Assembly: GCA_951406725.2 (NCBI GenBank) | Contig: OX597832.1 | Location: 868,001-932,000 of the forward strand | DNA length: 64,000 bases | DNA from: Octopus vulgaris | Taxonomy: Eukaryota | Direction of reading: 5' to 3' | Shown here: in pieces, positions 13,021-27,472 of the stretch | How the letters are laid out: every line of letters begins with the position of its first letter | Numbering within the stretch: position 1 is the stretch's first letter | Notes under the pieces: model-generated | Database searches by the model: none | What the model saw: the letters and a program-made list of their open reading frames with translations, nothing else | Told to the model about the DNA's origin: nothing | Position numbers and translations under genes: made by a program

Positions 13021-14672
13021 ATGAATACTGTTGGAAAAATGGAGGTAATACGGATGGATTCATCACTAAAAGATATACCCATACCAACTAAGGACTATTA
13101 CATCAAAGAATTAATATACAGGATTAACGAATTTATCCGTAGAATACGATGGAAAATCTATACCCATGAAAAGAATCTCACTAAATTAAACTATGAAGCT
13201 AAAGATGACTACAATTACGCGAGAATCAGAAGTAACTATGAGGAAATAATGGAAATTACTAAGAACACATTTAAATCCAGAAAGGCACCACCACCTAATA
13301 AACACTTGGACAACTTCAAACAAGATCTATGGAGTACCATTAAGAATATCAAGTTCAGGAATCATCTACTAAGGAGGCATAATACCTACCAGAGAAAATT
13401 AAAAGAAATTATTAGAACTTTTAAGAACAATAATGGTATTTTAACACATTCGGATAAGACTGGTAATATATATAACATAGACACTTGCACATACTATGAA
13501 CTATTACTTAGAGAATTACAAAAAAAATAAGGCTGTACCTTATGCTACACTTAGAAAGTTGAATTTAGAAGCTAGAAATATAATGTATGATTATAATTTA
13601 GAAGATAAAACTGAACCTTTCACTCCAATTAGACCACGTATAACAATTAAGGACCATAAAGAGAACTTCCCTAATATAACACAAGTCAGACTAATCTGTC
13701 CTAATAAATCTGACTTAGGCAAATTAAGTAAATTAATTTTAGACAAATATATGCCTATAATTAGAAATAAAATTAAGCTTAATTTATGGAAAAACACACA
13801 AGGAGCATTGAAATGGTTTTCCAGTATTAAGGTTGATAACAGTAGAAACCATAAATTAATCCAATTTGATATTAAAAATTATTATTCATCAATTAGCCCA
13901 GTAATACTTAATAAAGCTTTAATTTTTGCAAGAATATATACGAATATTAGCATGAGGGAAATTAAGGTAATACTAGCTGCAAGAAAAACTGTTATTGAAT
14001 TTGACAATAAACTATGTGCTAGAAAGGATATGCCAGATTTATTTGATATTACAACGGGATTGCCGGATTCAGCGGAAACGACAGATTTGGTAGGGATCTG
14101 TTTATTAGACAATATAAGTAAGGAATTCCCTTAATTAAATGGTGGCCTTTATAGAAATTATGAATTATTCTTAGTTAAGAATCTTTTAAATAGTTGTCTA
14201 GAAATACTTAAAAAATGCTTTCACAGATTCTTTAATAATTTCAGCTTATCCATTACTATCAAAAATGAAAATTATTCTATTAATTAGCTAGAGGTGAATT
14301 GTAACCTTAATACTGGACTCCATGAACCTTATGTGAAACAAAATTCCAATTTAAGATATATAAATAATTCTAGTAATCACTCTCCACAAATAAAAAAAGC
14401 ACTACTACTAAACATAAGTAAAAGAATTTCTAACCTATCTTCGAATGAAGAGATATTTAATAGACATAGGGGAAAATACAACTCAGCACTACACAGGGCA
14501 GGATATAATGGTAAAATAAAAATATATCCCCAATAATAGCATTGACACTAAGGATAAAATAACAACAACTAATATACATTGGTTAGACAAATATAGCAAT
14601 AATTAAAATAAAAAGAAAAATAAGAATAAAAATAATAATAATAGTATAAATAGGATTAGAAATCATATATTA

Positions 14673-14727
<55 letters not shown>

Positions 14728-15356
14728 GAATAATAAGAATAATAACAATTATAATAATAATAACTATAATGAAGTATTTAGTCTAAATTATAATAAAAGA
14801 ATGCTATTAATTATAAAAATTATAGAAGTAAGAATGAAAATAGGGAAATTATAAATAATATAGAAAAACATTATAACGAAAATAATGAAATAGATACTTT
14901 ATGGTTAATAATTCCTTATGCTATGCAAATAAAAAATAACATAGTAAAAAATATTTTCTATTTAATAAAACATTTTGAAAAAGGAAAGAACAAATATTGG
15001 GAGATAATAAAAAACAAGAATAGGATACAGTCTAACTCATAATCTGGCCACCATCATATCCTCAATTAACAATAAAAAGCTTGATAATTTCTATCTAAAT
15101 AGAAAAAATAATTTAAGTAACGCAAACATATCTAATAATAGAGCAAGATATAATAATAATAAAAATAATAATAATAATAATCGAAATGACAATAATAATG
15201 GAAATACCACAACGAGTAATAATAACAAAGACAATAATAATAGAATTAATAATGATAACACTATAGGTAATAATAATAATAATAATAACAATAAAAATAA
15301 CAGGAAAAAGAATAACAATATCAATAATGATCTGCCGGTGGATAAGGGAATAGTAA

Positions 15357-15405
<49 letters not shown>

Positions 15406-15800
15406 TAATGCAGTAACTATGACTGCATTAGGAAGGAGGTAGTATATCAATGTATAGTAAGTACACAATATGACAGGAAAGTATATTCGGAGCAACGAAG
15501 AATAATTTGAAACAAAGACTTAATTATCACAGATATACTTTTAAAAGTAGAAATAGGAGTAATTCCACAGGGTTAAGTACATATATATGGGAACTTAAGG
15601 ATAAAAAAATAAATTATAATTTACAATGGAAGATACTTATATCTGCACCTGCATATAATAATAAAAATGGAAAATGTTCATTATGCATTAATGAAATTTT
15701 ATTTCTAATTAGGGTTAATTTACTGATCATTAACAATTTTAAGGAGTGCAATGGATCACATCTTCATAAAATTGGGTATACTTTCTCCAGATATAAATAG
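13021..15800 (+). mobile_element. AT-rich Penelope-like element (RT + C-terminal GIY-YIG), pseudogenised; possibly Naiad-like
   Basis: SLKDIPIP...FIRRIRWK N-terminus, SDKTGNIY, ITIKDHKENF...RLICPNKSDLGKLSK, IQFDIKNYY, FDITTG..DSAETTDLVG. EN region KQRLNYHRYTF...LSTYIWELK...CSLCINE. Frameshifts, stops and an (AAT)n-rich linker. Confidence 0.85.
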
Positions 15801-16273
15801 TACTTATTATAAATTACCCATTAACTAAATACAACTAGTTATAATGAGCGTTTTTACTTTAATATATATAGTAGTAGTTAAATTGTAATGGGTTGTGGAT
15901 ATATGGCTTTTTGTATATATAAGTATGTGTGTAATATATATACAGGTCTGTGCATGTGTTTGTATATATAGGTGTATATTTATGTGTGTACATATGTGTA
16001 TATATCTATGTGTGTTTGTGTGTATATCCATATATATATATATGTATGCTGGTATACATTTGCATCTGTTGTTAAGTAGGAAGTTATGTAATAAGCATGT
16101 GTGCATGTACATGTTCACATAAATATACTAGGTTCTGGATTCGTATATATATATGTATGTATGTGTATATATATGTATATGTATGTATAAGTTTTCAATT
16201 ATTGTTTTATGTTATTAATTATGTATATTAGGTCTTATAGGTAGGTCAATGTATATATATGTGTATGTGTATA

Positions 16274-16306
<33 letters not shown>

Positions 16307-16825
16307 GTGTGTGTATATATATATGTGTGTACATATATATATATATACATGTAGTCCAGCTTATACTTATGTAGATATGTGTTTTTATATATATGAATTA
16401 ATGTGGTTAGCTGTACATGCAAATATGTATAGTTGTATTTTTATATGTGTGTGGATATATTTACTCTTGCATATGTATGTGTTTGTATGTATGTGTACAT
16501 ATGGATATATGTATATAAATGTATGTGTGTGTATATGTGTATATATTTATATGTATGTGAGGCTATGTGTGTGTATGTGTGGAGCAGTATGTAAATATGT
16601 GTTTGCATATATATATTTGTATGTAAATATTTGTATATGTAGGCTCTTTGAGGATACATATATATGTATATATTTATACTAATATGTGGTAGAATATATT
16701 ATAATATGTGTACGTACATGTTTATACATGTGAATGTAAGGGTATATTTATATATGTATATGCATATATATGTATGTTTAAATTTATATTATGTGTGGTT
16801 ATATATGGATATATTTTATTTTTAT

Positions 16826-18060
16826 TTATTTAGTTTCAGCTCACAAGCTGTGGCCATGCTGGGGCACCGCCATTTGGTGTTGCTACGTGATTTTCCTTCA
16901 CGAATGCTTTTTAGCAATTGCCATCTGGTGCATGAGAGAGTTCGATGCAGCTGCCCTCATCTGCACCTCCTGCCGTGAAGTTGGTTCATCTGGGACACCC
17001 GACAAGAAGAGATCCAGTTTCATTTTAAAGACATCTGCATCCACCCCATGCAGGTCTCTTAGGTTCTTCAGGAAGATATTGAAGAGCTATGGGCCTCGGA
17101 AGACCAGGCTATCACAGTATCTTGTCCTACATCTTGATGGCAAATTTGGAGTCCTTGGCACTATGCAGTGGCGCCCAGTTCTGGCATTTGTGTAACTCTC
17201 GATGCCAAAGTTTGGGACAAGTCCTTCAAGGATCTTCCAGATGTATATTATGGCATATCTTTCTCGCCTACGCTCTTAGGAATAGAGTCTCAATCTCTTG
17301 AGTCTTTCCCAATAGCTTAAATGCTGCACAGAGGCTATCTTCTTCGTGTAGCTTCGTTGGATCGCCACAAGTTCTGTGATCAACTTGACACTGGATGGTG
17401 ACCATAGCTGAGAGCAATAGTCAAAGTGGCTTAGGACAAGTGTCCTCCAGAGGACCATCATGGTTTCCTGGTCTCTTGTTCTAAAGGTTCTAAGAATCCA
17501 TCCCTGGTTGGTTGGAGTATTACTTGCTCCATGTACAGAGTGTTGATGAGGTTCAGGAGGGACCTCGCCTGTCCTCGTTCGCATCGTGTCATTCCTGGGA
17601 GAGAAAGGCCTTCGGGCCATCTGACATTGGGTAGATTGAAGTCTCCCATAAGAAGTACACTTATGTGTTGTTCTAATGTGACTAGAGCTTCTATTTTTAT
17701 AAGGCAGTCTTCAAACTTACCTACATGGCTTGGGGCATCTGGAGGGCGATATGTAGCACATATAACTACACCAAGTTGCCTTATATGTACAATTAGTGTG
17801 TCACACACCGAATTTGAGTATGACAAAAGGACCTGGGGTGTGAGGTCCTCACGGATGTACATAGCAACTCCTCCATGACTCCTTTCTTTTCTGTCGGTCC
17901 GTAGTACAACATACTGTGGTATGTGTATTTCCGCATCTGCTATGTCCGGTTTCAGGTGTGTTTCCGTAAGTGCTATGCATAAGGCTTGATTGCATGCAAC
18001 AAAGTCTCTCAAGAACGGGATTTTTGTCCTATTACTGAGTGTTTGCAGTCCTCTGATGTT
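16826..18060 (-). mobile_element. CR1-group LINE remnant: APE endonuclease joined to the 3' end by an internal deletion near 17505
   Basis: IALTETHL...RTDRKERSHGGVAMY...YRPP...MGDFNLP (APE) abuts GWILRTFRTRD...HFDYCSQLWSP (post-RT). Tail GGCGGTGCCCCAGCATGGCC. Confidence 0.88.
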
Positions 18061-18305
18061 TATATATGTTTATCAAACAATATCGTTTGTATGGAGAATG
18101 TAGTATGTCTATACAAATATATTTATAGACATGAGTAAGTTCTCGTGTATTTATTTGTTTAATAAAAGTGTTAGGTATATAATTATTTTACTTATAATTT
18201 GTTTATTTGTTTAATTGTAGACCTAAATGTATATAAAGATATGGATAGTTATGCATTTGTATGTATTGATGTAAAAATGTATGTGTGTGTATATATGTAT
18301 ATATA

Positions 18306-18378
<73 letters not shown>

Positions 18379-18900
18379 TCAATATAGGGTGCCAAAAAAA
18401 AATTTTGTAGAATTTCTTTGCCACCAGCGGCCTAGTGGGAAAAAATTAAATAGTCATAGACCATTTATAAGTTCAACATCACAATCAAGGAACGGCCATA
18501 ATAGGCCATTCACCCACTAGAAATAACAGCCAAAGCTTCAACCGCAAAATAACATTAATTCCGCAAACCAGGAGAAAATTAAAAAAACATTTACCCTGTA
18601 ATTTCTTATACGATGCACCGTTTCATCTATTGTTTAATGGTAAACTAACCTGATTAAATTAAATCAAGCCAATCTTCCATAGGCCCTTAGATTCGTCAGT
18701 AAGAAATAGCCAGATCGGAACAGATATTTTCACGAGGCACTTCTGTCCCTGCCTCGGCAATATCTGACCTAAAATTTTCAAATCATCGCACTCGCGCCAA
18801 ATTTATCGGCAGCAAATAAATATAAGCCGCCGATTCCATTACGGAATCAACCATTACGGAATCAACCATATATGTATGTATATATATATATGTATGTATA

Positions 18901-18976
<76 letters not shown>

Positions 18977-19167
18977 TATATACATATATATATATATTAG
19001 GTAAGACTGCATATATGTATTTGTGACTTTCTATAAGAATATATAAATATGTGTGTATGTGTGTATGCATGTATATTTATGTATATGTGAGTAGGTATAT
19101 ACGTATATATCTGTATTTTTCAACGGATGTACGTTTATGGTATGTGATGTATGTATGCATAGGTATG

Positions 19168-19199
<32 letters not shown>

Positions 19200-19282
19200 G
19201 AATCTATATAACATATGGTCGGATTAAATTTTGTAGATAATTATTCATGTATTAACTTACACTTGTATTGATTGTTGTAAGA

Positions 19283-19430
19283 ATTCTTTGTTTAAGATTA
19301 ATATCTAAAAGTTAATTTAAGGGTATACATTGTAAATACGAGTGATTAACACGGCTTAATTCTTTGTTTACGATTAATATCTGAAAGTTAATTTAAGGAT
19401 ATACATAATAAATACTAGTGATTAACACGG
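19283..19430. repeat. Tandem duplication of about 77 bp
   Basis: ttctttgttta(a/c)gattaatatct...gtgattaacacgg occurs twice. Confidence 0.75.
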
Positions 19431-19895
19431 TTTATTTACTTAATCATTAGATCTTCTATTAACTAACAGTAACTGAGGCATAGAAATTCAAATTTGTTAG
19501 CCAATAATCGCTCCCTAACCCCCAATAATTTTTAAACTCTAAAATATTAATATATAACATATAACATGGCTATTATAGCTTATTTATCATACTTTAACAA
19601 ATTTTGCATTATTTGAAATTTTCTGTGGAAATAATCTATGAAACAATATTAATTCGTTGGATAAAAATATAAATATAAGTATAATTTAGCTTTAACTTTG
19701 ACGAAAAGGAAAAAAAATCCTTATATTGATATTCGTGTATATTTGTACGTATTTAAATATATGTACCTGTTGCTTCTATTTGTTACCCATACGCATGAAC
19801 TTGTATTAAGAAGAACTATATAATATAACCCATCGTCTAACTGTATGTTTTTTATATATTTGTATACACATATATGTATATATATATATACATAT

Positions 19896-20532
19896 ATTAA
19901 TAAATAAAACATATGCATATATATATACATATATGTACGTACCTGCCTCTACATGTATATATACACGCATATATGAGTACAGGACACCAAAAAAACGTCG
20001 AACACAATGAGAAACGAAAACATAGACACAAACCCAAGGAACTGGGCATTTTTCTTAAACAACAAAAAAATAGAGTACAGGACAAATAGCACAAGGAAAA
20101 AACCCCTTCTTCAGTCGCCATGGTTTCATCTACTCTACGTTCGAAGGTGAAGGCGAGACGTATCTTCGATAGAAACTTTCCTTCCTGCGAAAAGCAAATC
20201 AAATAAAATTTGAGATCTTTTTGCAGAGGGGTAAAAATGGTAAAAAAAACAGGACAGTAACGACAGTACAAAATATAAGCAGTAAAAGACAGGACAAGGA
20301 AAATAACAAGACAGGAAGGGCTGTTAAGCCGAACGAAAAATAGTATTACGAACGCTATTTCTGTGGACGGCGAAGGGGGCAAAGAAAATTGCCGTCCACA
20401 CCTCAAGAAGGTCAGGCGAGAAAGAAAGTGGCAAGGCTCTCGTCGCGGGTTAACGGCGGGAGAGAAGAGGAGGAGTAAGAGAAAGGGAGAGAAGAAAGGG
20501 GAATGGTTGTGAGGAAACCAGAAATAATGAAG

Positions 20533-20574
<42 letters not shown>

Positions 20575-21141
20575 ATGAGAGAGAGGGAGAGACAGTTAAG
20601 TGGAAGAAAAGGAAATCAAAGAATGAAGGCTGAGAAAGGGAGGGGACAGAAAGGTTAAGAGTGTGCATCAAAATTAATATCAAGAACAATTAGAAAGGGA
20701 TGCGTGCGTTCCGTCATATAATATATTAATAAATAAAACATATGCATATATATATATACATATATGTACGTACCTACCTCTACATGTATATATACACGCA
20801 TATATGAGTACAGGACACAAAAAAAACGTCGAACACAATGAGAAACGAAATCATAGACACAAACCCAAGGAACTGGACATTTTTCTTAAACAACAAAAAA
20901 ATATAGTACAGGACAAATAGCACAAGGAAAAAACCCCTTCTTCAGTCGCCATGGTTTCATCTACTCTACGTTTCGAAGGTGAAGGCGAGACGTATCTTCG
21001 ATAGAAACTTTTCTTCCTGCGAAAAGCAAATCAAATAAAATTTGAGATCTTTTTGCAGAGGGGTAAAAATGGTAAAAAAAACAGGACAGTAACGACAGTA
21101 CAAAATATAAGCAGTAAAAGACAGGACAAGGAAAATAACAA

Positions 21142-21145
<4 letters not shown>
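19896..21145 (-). mobile_element. Partial-tandem pseudo-LTR-like repeat (two copies of about 415 bp, 828 bp apart)
   Basis: 19896-20310 and 20724-21143 are near-identical and flanked by (TA)n. Motifs shared with 43586-44005 and 44790-45050. Confidence 0.7.
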
Positions 21146-21187
<42 letters not shown>

Positions 21188-21268
21188 ATTTGCATGGAAT
21201 CTTGTATCGTAATATTTGATATATTGGAATCTATTATAATATGTATTGTCAAGTGGAGATTACTATAA

Positions 21269-21330
<62 letters not shown>

Positions 21331-21334
<4 letters not shown>

Positions 21335-21547
21335 AGACAAATACATAACAAAAACACCAGGACTTACAAACACATATAACATACAGAAAATTGCACTACT
21401 AGGCACTGCACACATCCTACGCAGAACACTTTCCATACAATAACCATCAGAGCATCACAACAAATCACAGCACATACCCAAGGCACACAGAGCTGCGCTC
21501 GGTAGTGAAGTGAAAGCACGCTATAAAAATAAAAATAAAACTACTGA
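21331..21547 (+). mobile_element. 5'-truncated R4/Dong-like 3' end inserted in (AAT)n
   Basis: KYITKTPGLTNTYNIQKIALLGTAHILRRTLS* matches the C-terminus type at 11599. (AAT)n on both flanks. Confidence 0.8.
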
Positions 21548-21571
21548 ATAATAATAATAATAATGATAATA

Positions 21572-21904
21572 ACTAACACTATCTCCTCCGAGACCCAGTG
21601 GCGCAAGTTGACCAAAATTGAGAGTATGATAGAAGGGTTGCTCTTCCTTCCGTAGAAGATAAAATTCAAATCGGACCATGTTAACACCAAAAATTATTTA
21701 CACCAAAAAGGTGCTTTTTTCTATGAAAATCCCTATTTTTTATGATTTTTTCACTGCTGTGTCGCCACTTTTCGGTGTATTTCAACCACAAAAATGTTCA
21801 CTTGAAGAGAATAACAAGCTACATAATGCAAAATTTTTACTTTTCAAAAATTCCAATTCCAGCGGGTCGAAACAAACCCGAGCAACGCCGGGCGATACTA
21901 CTAG
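21572..21904 (+). mobile_element. Non-autonomous Helitron-like 3' end
   Basis: GC hairpin CCCGAGCAACGCCGGG (21877-21892) lies 8 nt before CTAG|T, the Helitron 3' signature. The 5' limit is approximate. Confidence 0.6.
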
Positions 21905-22332
21905 TAAGCTATAAATGTGGTCCAATTTATGTGTTGATCTGAGTTTTTTCTCCATTTTCTGATTATATATATATATACACGCATATATATATATATGTTG
22001 TGTGTGCGTATGTCTGTATGTTCTCATCTATTTTAATTATTAAAATTTTTCCTCTGAGGTAGGAGCTGGTTTCAAACAAAGATACGAAGTTCTATTATTG
22101 AAATGTAGGTAACAAAAAGAATGTTACATTTTAAACATGAGAAAAGTCTTGCATGTTTTTACTGTTCCACTTACAGATTGTATTTGTCATATGCAAGATA
22201 GTTGATTTCTTTCCCTGAAAATCCTAGCTTCTCCAGATTCCCAGTCACAAAAACAAGTGCACCAATTATTACTAGTATAAATACGAATTTATAAATTGCA
22301 TATGGAAGCCGGGGGTTTCAAAGCTGTTGTCC

Positions 22333-22363
<31 letters not shown>

Positions 22364-22411
22364 TGTATGTATGTATGTATGTATGTATGTATGCATGTAT
22401 GTATGTATGTA

Positions 22412-22485
<74 letters not shown>

Positions 22486-22486
22486 G

Positions 22487-24585
22487 CATTATTCAGTTTT
22501 ATTTCAAGATTTCTTGCCAATAGAGAAAAGGCCGGTTTCGAATCTAGATCCAAGGCCTACATTGGAATTTCAACATCAACAGGATATTTGTGTATGTATG
22601 TATACGTGCAGATTTGTATACTTTGTTTTATGTATGTCTTCTCATGTATATAGTTACATATCTAGACATGCTCATTTATATATACTTAAAGGATAAACTT
22701 CTAGAAAGTTTTTGATTTTTGCAGTTCCAATGATGGATTGGATTTGTAGTCTTCCAATCAGCTTTCTCCCTTCTGGTTTTGAGGAACCTAATTACTCAAG
22801 TTTGGTATTTAGGCAGTATGTTACATATCCTAGTGCACCAATAATTACAAGTATAAACCTGAACTTGCAATCTGGATAGAGTTAACAGCAGATTTCTCAA
22901 TAGTTCAGTGTAGGTGTTCTTTTTCACTGATCTTCAGCTTTTCACTGAACTACTAGGCGGCTGATTTCCACAACTGTATGCAGTTTCTCTTCTCTTTCCC
23001 AAATCCTTATATCCGGTTTATTGTGTTTACATTTTATTGAGGTCGTCACTGTGACATTCCACCAGTACTCCTTATTATGAATGGTTATGGCTTCCATCAT
23101 ATTGTGGGTTCTTATTTCTTTATCCTCGGGGTTATCTTTTTGACTGACCTCGTTACACAGTGTCCTAGCTACAACATTATGTCTCATTAATAGATAATAC
23201 CATGATGACATACCATGATGTGGGTGATATCTTCAGTATTAACTCCACAAAGTCTGCATTGATTGTCACAGTTTGCTGCCTTTCCAGCATCTCTGTCCCT
23301 TTTGTGCATCAGGTATTTGGTTGATATTTCTTGTTCCTGGATTGCAAATGCATACCCTTCAAAGTGGGAGGTAGTAATCCGACTATTGGTCCATGATAGA
23401 CTGCTTTGATGATCAATGTTACTATCATCTCAGAGCTTTCTAACATATCTATTCATGGTCTTCTGCTCATATACACTCATCCTTTCATCTGATGATATGT
23501 TGCAGTAGAGTCATGCAACTTCTTTGCTCAAAGAAATTACATGATGTTATCAGCCTCATGTATGTGAACTTGGTCAAAGGATGCGCTTTGACACTTGGTG
23601 GTTAAACGATTTTGCCAAAGGGATTGGAAGGCAGTTTGGATCGATGTTAAGCCTCTGGTATCTTGTTTTTATTTTAGGTAGAGGTGGTCTACATCACTGT
23701 TGATGTGGAAATCATGTGTGCTTGTTGGTATCTTCGAGGTTTTCACATCAAGCGTCCAATCAAGCAGCCCAAATGTTGGTATGAGTACTGGCACTGCAAA
23801 CACATTGTGGGCCACTGTTTTATTGAATGCAGAGAGTTCTGAGGTTGAAACTTTCTTTATTCAGCAGTAATATTCTTTAGTGACATGTGTTTTGCTACTG
23901 GTGATAAATTAAGATATATTTTCATCCCCCTCTAGATACCTGTAATATTCCTCATTAGATATAGGGAAAACAGTTAAGTCATTGATGGAGATGCTGTTTG
24001 TTTGGTTCACAGTTTTCCTTCTTTTCACAATCATATAGCAATTATCCAGAACAAAGTCCATCCTTTCAGAATGTTGTAACTAGATCAAGGCTCTTTTTCA
24101 TCTCGTGCATATTCTTTGCGTATAGTCCTCCACAAAGAAACTGTGTAATTTTGGTATTTCTGTTTCCTTGTGAACCAGTGAGATATCCTTCAGACTTCCT
24201 TAACATGAATGACAAGGGGTTTACAGAAATTATAAACAACATCACAGAGAATATGCCTCTCCTTGGAATATGCCCCTGCAATACTGCATTCTATCATTGA
24301 TAATACAGTCATTCTTTGTGATTAATTTCAAGGTGGTGATCCACGATGAAGTCAGGTCAGCTATGGCTTTATGAGTGGGGGACAGTGTCAAAGGCATTCT
24401 TGTAGTGTAGCCACATTGAAATTAGGTTCCTTCTATGCTCTTGCACCTCTAATATTCCAGTTTTGCTCAGACTCTCTTCTTCCTAGCTGCTTGTTCTGCT
24501 GTGATGATGTTATTGCTTTCATAATGGACCTAGAGGAAGAGGTTTAAACATGCTGTATATATTTTGTTCTGGCATGCAATTGGCA
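22487..24585 (-). mobile_element. Decayed REL-type (R4/NeSL-like) non-LTR retrotransposon, copy 1
   Basis: RT motif LFIISVNPLSFML, zinc knuckle CRLC...H followed by RHNVVA, HNKPDI. Many stops. Flanked by (TATG)n/(TG)n. Confidence 0.8.
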
Positions 24586-24613
24586 TACATATATATGTGT
24601 GTATGTATGTATA

Positions 24614-27108
24614 TCATTATTCAGTTTATTTCAAGATTTTTGGCCAATAGAGAACGAACCAGTTTCTAACCTAGATTCAAGGTTCCTTCATTGGAATTTC
24701 AACATCAACAACAGGGTATGTATGTATGTATGTATGTATGTATGTATGTATGTTTTATGTATGTATTCTCATGCATAGAGTTACATATCTAGACATGCTC
24801 ATATATATTTAAATGATAAACTTCTGGAAAGTTTTACAGACTTTTACAGTTCCAGTGACAGATTGGATCTGCAGCCTTCAAATTAGCTTTCTCCTTTCTG
24901 GTCCTGAGAAGTCCAATTTCTCAAGATTGGTATTTAGGCAGTGTGTTACATATCCCTGGGCCCCATTAATTACAGGTATAAACCTGAACTTGTAATCTGG
25001 ATAGAGTAACTGTAGATTTCTCAATATTGCAGCATAGGTGTTCTCTTTTTCACTGATCTTCAGCTTTATGTTAACATCCGTTGCACAGTTTCTCTTCTCT
25101 ATCCCAAATCATTATATCAGGTCTGTTGTGCTTACATTTTATTGAGGTTTTCACTGGTACATTCTACCAGTATTCCTTTTCATTATGAGTGACTATGGCT
25201 TCTACCATATTGTGGGTTTTCATTTCTTTGGTCTCGGGATAATCCTTCCGACAGATTTCATTATAGTGTCCTAGCTACAACATCATGTCTCATCAGTAGA
25301 TAATACTGTAAAGACATTTTCAGACAACTGCTTATGATGTGGGTGATATCTTCATTGTGAATTCCACAAAGTCTGCATCGATTGTCACATTTTATGGCTT
25401 TTCTTGCATCTCTATCCCTTTTGTGCATCAGGTACTTAGTTGATATTTCCCGTTCCTGGATTGCAAACACATACCCTTCAATGTGGAAGGTAATAATCCG
25501 GCTATTCATCCATGATAAACTTCTTTGATGATCGATGTTACTATCTACTATCTACTATCAACTCACATATCTATGCACAGTCTTCTGCTCATACAGGCTC
25601 AGCCTTTCATCTGATGATATGTTGCGGTAGAGTCATGTGACTTCTTTGAGTATATATTCTAGGTTATCAGACAAAGAGTGTTGCTCAAGGAGCTGCCTTC
25701 CAAGTCTTATGATGTTATCAGCTTCATGTATGCGAACTTGGTGAAGGGGTGCACTTCGATGCTTGGTGGTTAAAAGATGTTGCCGAAGGGATATGATGTG
25801 ACATTCAAAGACATTTTGGATTGAGGTTAAGCCTCTACCACCTTGTTTATGTTTTAGGTAGAAGCAGTCTACATCACTGTTTGTGTGGAAATTATGTGTG
25901 CATGTTAGTATATTTCGGGTTTTCACATCAATGGCTTAGATCTCATCAAATGTCCAATCAAGCAGCCCAAATGTTGGCATGAGTACTGGCACTGCAAGCA
26001 CATTATGGGCCACTGTTTTATTGAATGCAGAGAATTCTGAGGTCCAAATTTTCTTTATTCAGCTGTAATATTCTTTAGTGGCATGTGTTTTGTTACAGGT
26101 GCCACTGTAAGATATATCTTCATCCACCCCTAGACACCTGTAACATTCCTCGTCAGATACAGGGGAAGCAGTCAAATCATTGATAGAGATGCTACTAGTC
26201 TGGTTTAGTTTTCCCCCTATATATAACAACATTTATCCTGACCAAACTCCAGCTCAGCATCCTTTGAGAATGTTGTAACTAGGTCAAGGCTCTTTTTCAT
26301 CTCATGCATATTCTTGCATAAAGTTTTAAGTCAAAGAAACGGTGTGCAATTTTGGTATTTCTGTTTCCTTGTGAACCAGTGAGATATCCTTCAGATTTCC
26401 TTAACATGAATGATAAGGGGTTTACAGAAAGTATAAACAACATCACAGAGAGGCTGTCTCCTCTGAATATGCCTCTGCGATATTGTATTCTCTCGGTGAT
26501 AATACAGTCACTCTTTGTGTTTAATTTCAAGATGGTGGCCCACAATGAAGTCAAGTCAGCTATAACTTTGACTATTCTCACTGGAACTTTAGCCTTCTAG
26601 CATCTATGAGTGGGGAATAGAGTCAAACGCTTTCTTGTAATCTAGCCACATTGAAACTAGGTTGCTTGCACCTCTGACATTCCAGTTTTACTTATTAACA
26701 ATTGCTCAACACATCCCCAGACTCTCTTCTTCCCAGCTGCTCGTTCTGCTGTGATAATGTTATTGGTTTTACAGTGGTCTTGGAGGAAGAGGTTTAAACA
26801 TGCTGTATGTATCTTATACATTAAGTTGTGGCATGCAATCGGCCAGTTGTTTTTTGATATGTTCTGCATTTGGGGATCAATTTTGTCTCTGCTAGAGTTA
26901 GCCAGTGTGGTATGCTACTGTTCCTAATGAAAGCTTGCTGATACAAATTGATAAGGTATGGTCAGTAGAATGATAAACTTCTGGAAAGTTTTACAAATTT
27001 TTACAGTTCCAGTGATAGATTGGATCTGTAGTCTTCAAATTAGCTTTCTCCTTACTGGTTTTGAGAAGCCTAATTTCTCAAGATTAGTATTTAAGCAGTG
27101 TGTTACAT
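24614..27108 (-). mobile_element. Decayed REL-type non-LTR retrotransposon, copy 2 (tandem with copy 1)
   Basis: RRGIFRGDSLSVMLFILSVNPLS, KQGGRGL, AIQEREISTK...CRLCGIHNEDITHIISSC...RHDVVA. 26990-27108 repeats part of its 3' end. (TATG)n flanks. Confidence 0.82.
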
Positions 27109-27423
27109 GTATGTATGTATGTATGTATGTATGTATGTATGTATGTATGTATGTATGTATGTATGTATGTATGTATGTATACATGTATGTATGTATGTAT
27201 GTATGCATGTAGAGGAATAAAAAGAAGGATTAAAGAAGTCTAGATGAATATCCCTTTAGGTGATTAGCAGAAGGCCCATTGAAGAACATAGTAGTTCATT
27301 TAGATTAAATATAACCATATAAGTTAACTGTAAATGAATAATAGGTCTTCATTCTTTGCCTGATTGATATAACATGTGTATGTGTCTGTCTGTGCGTGTG
27401 TGTATTTGTGTGTGTGTGCATGG

Positions 27424-27472
<49 letters not shown>

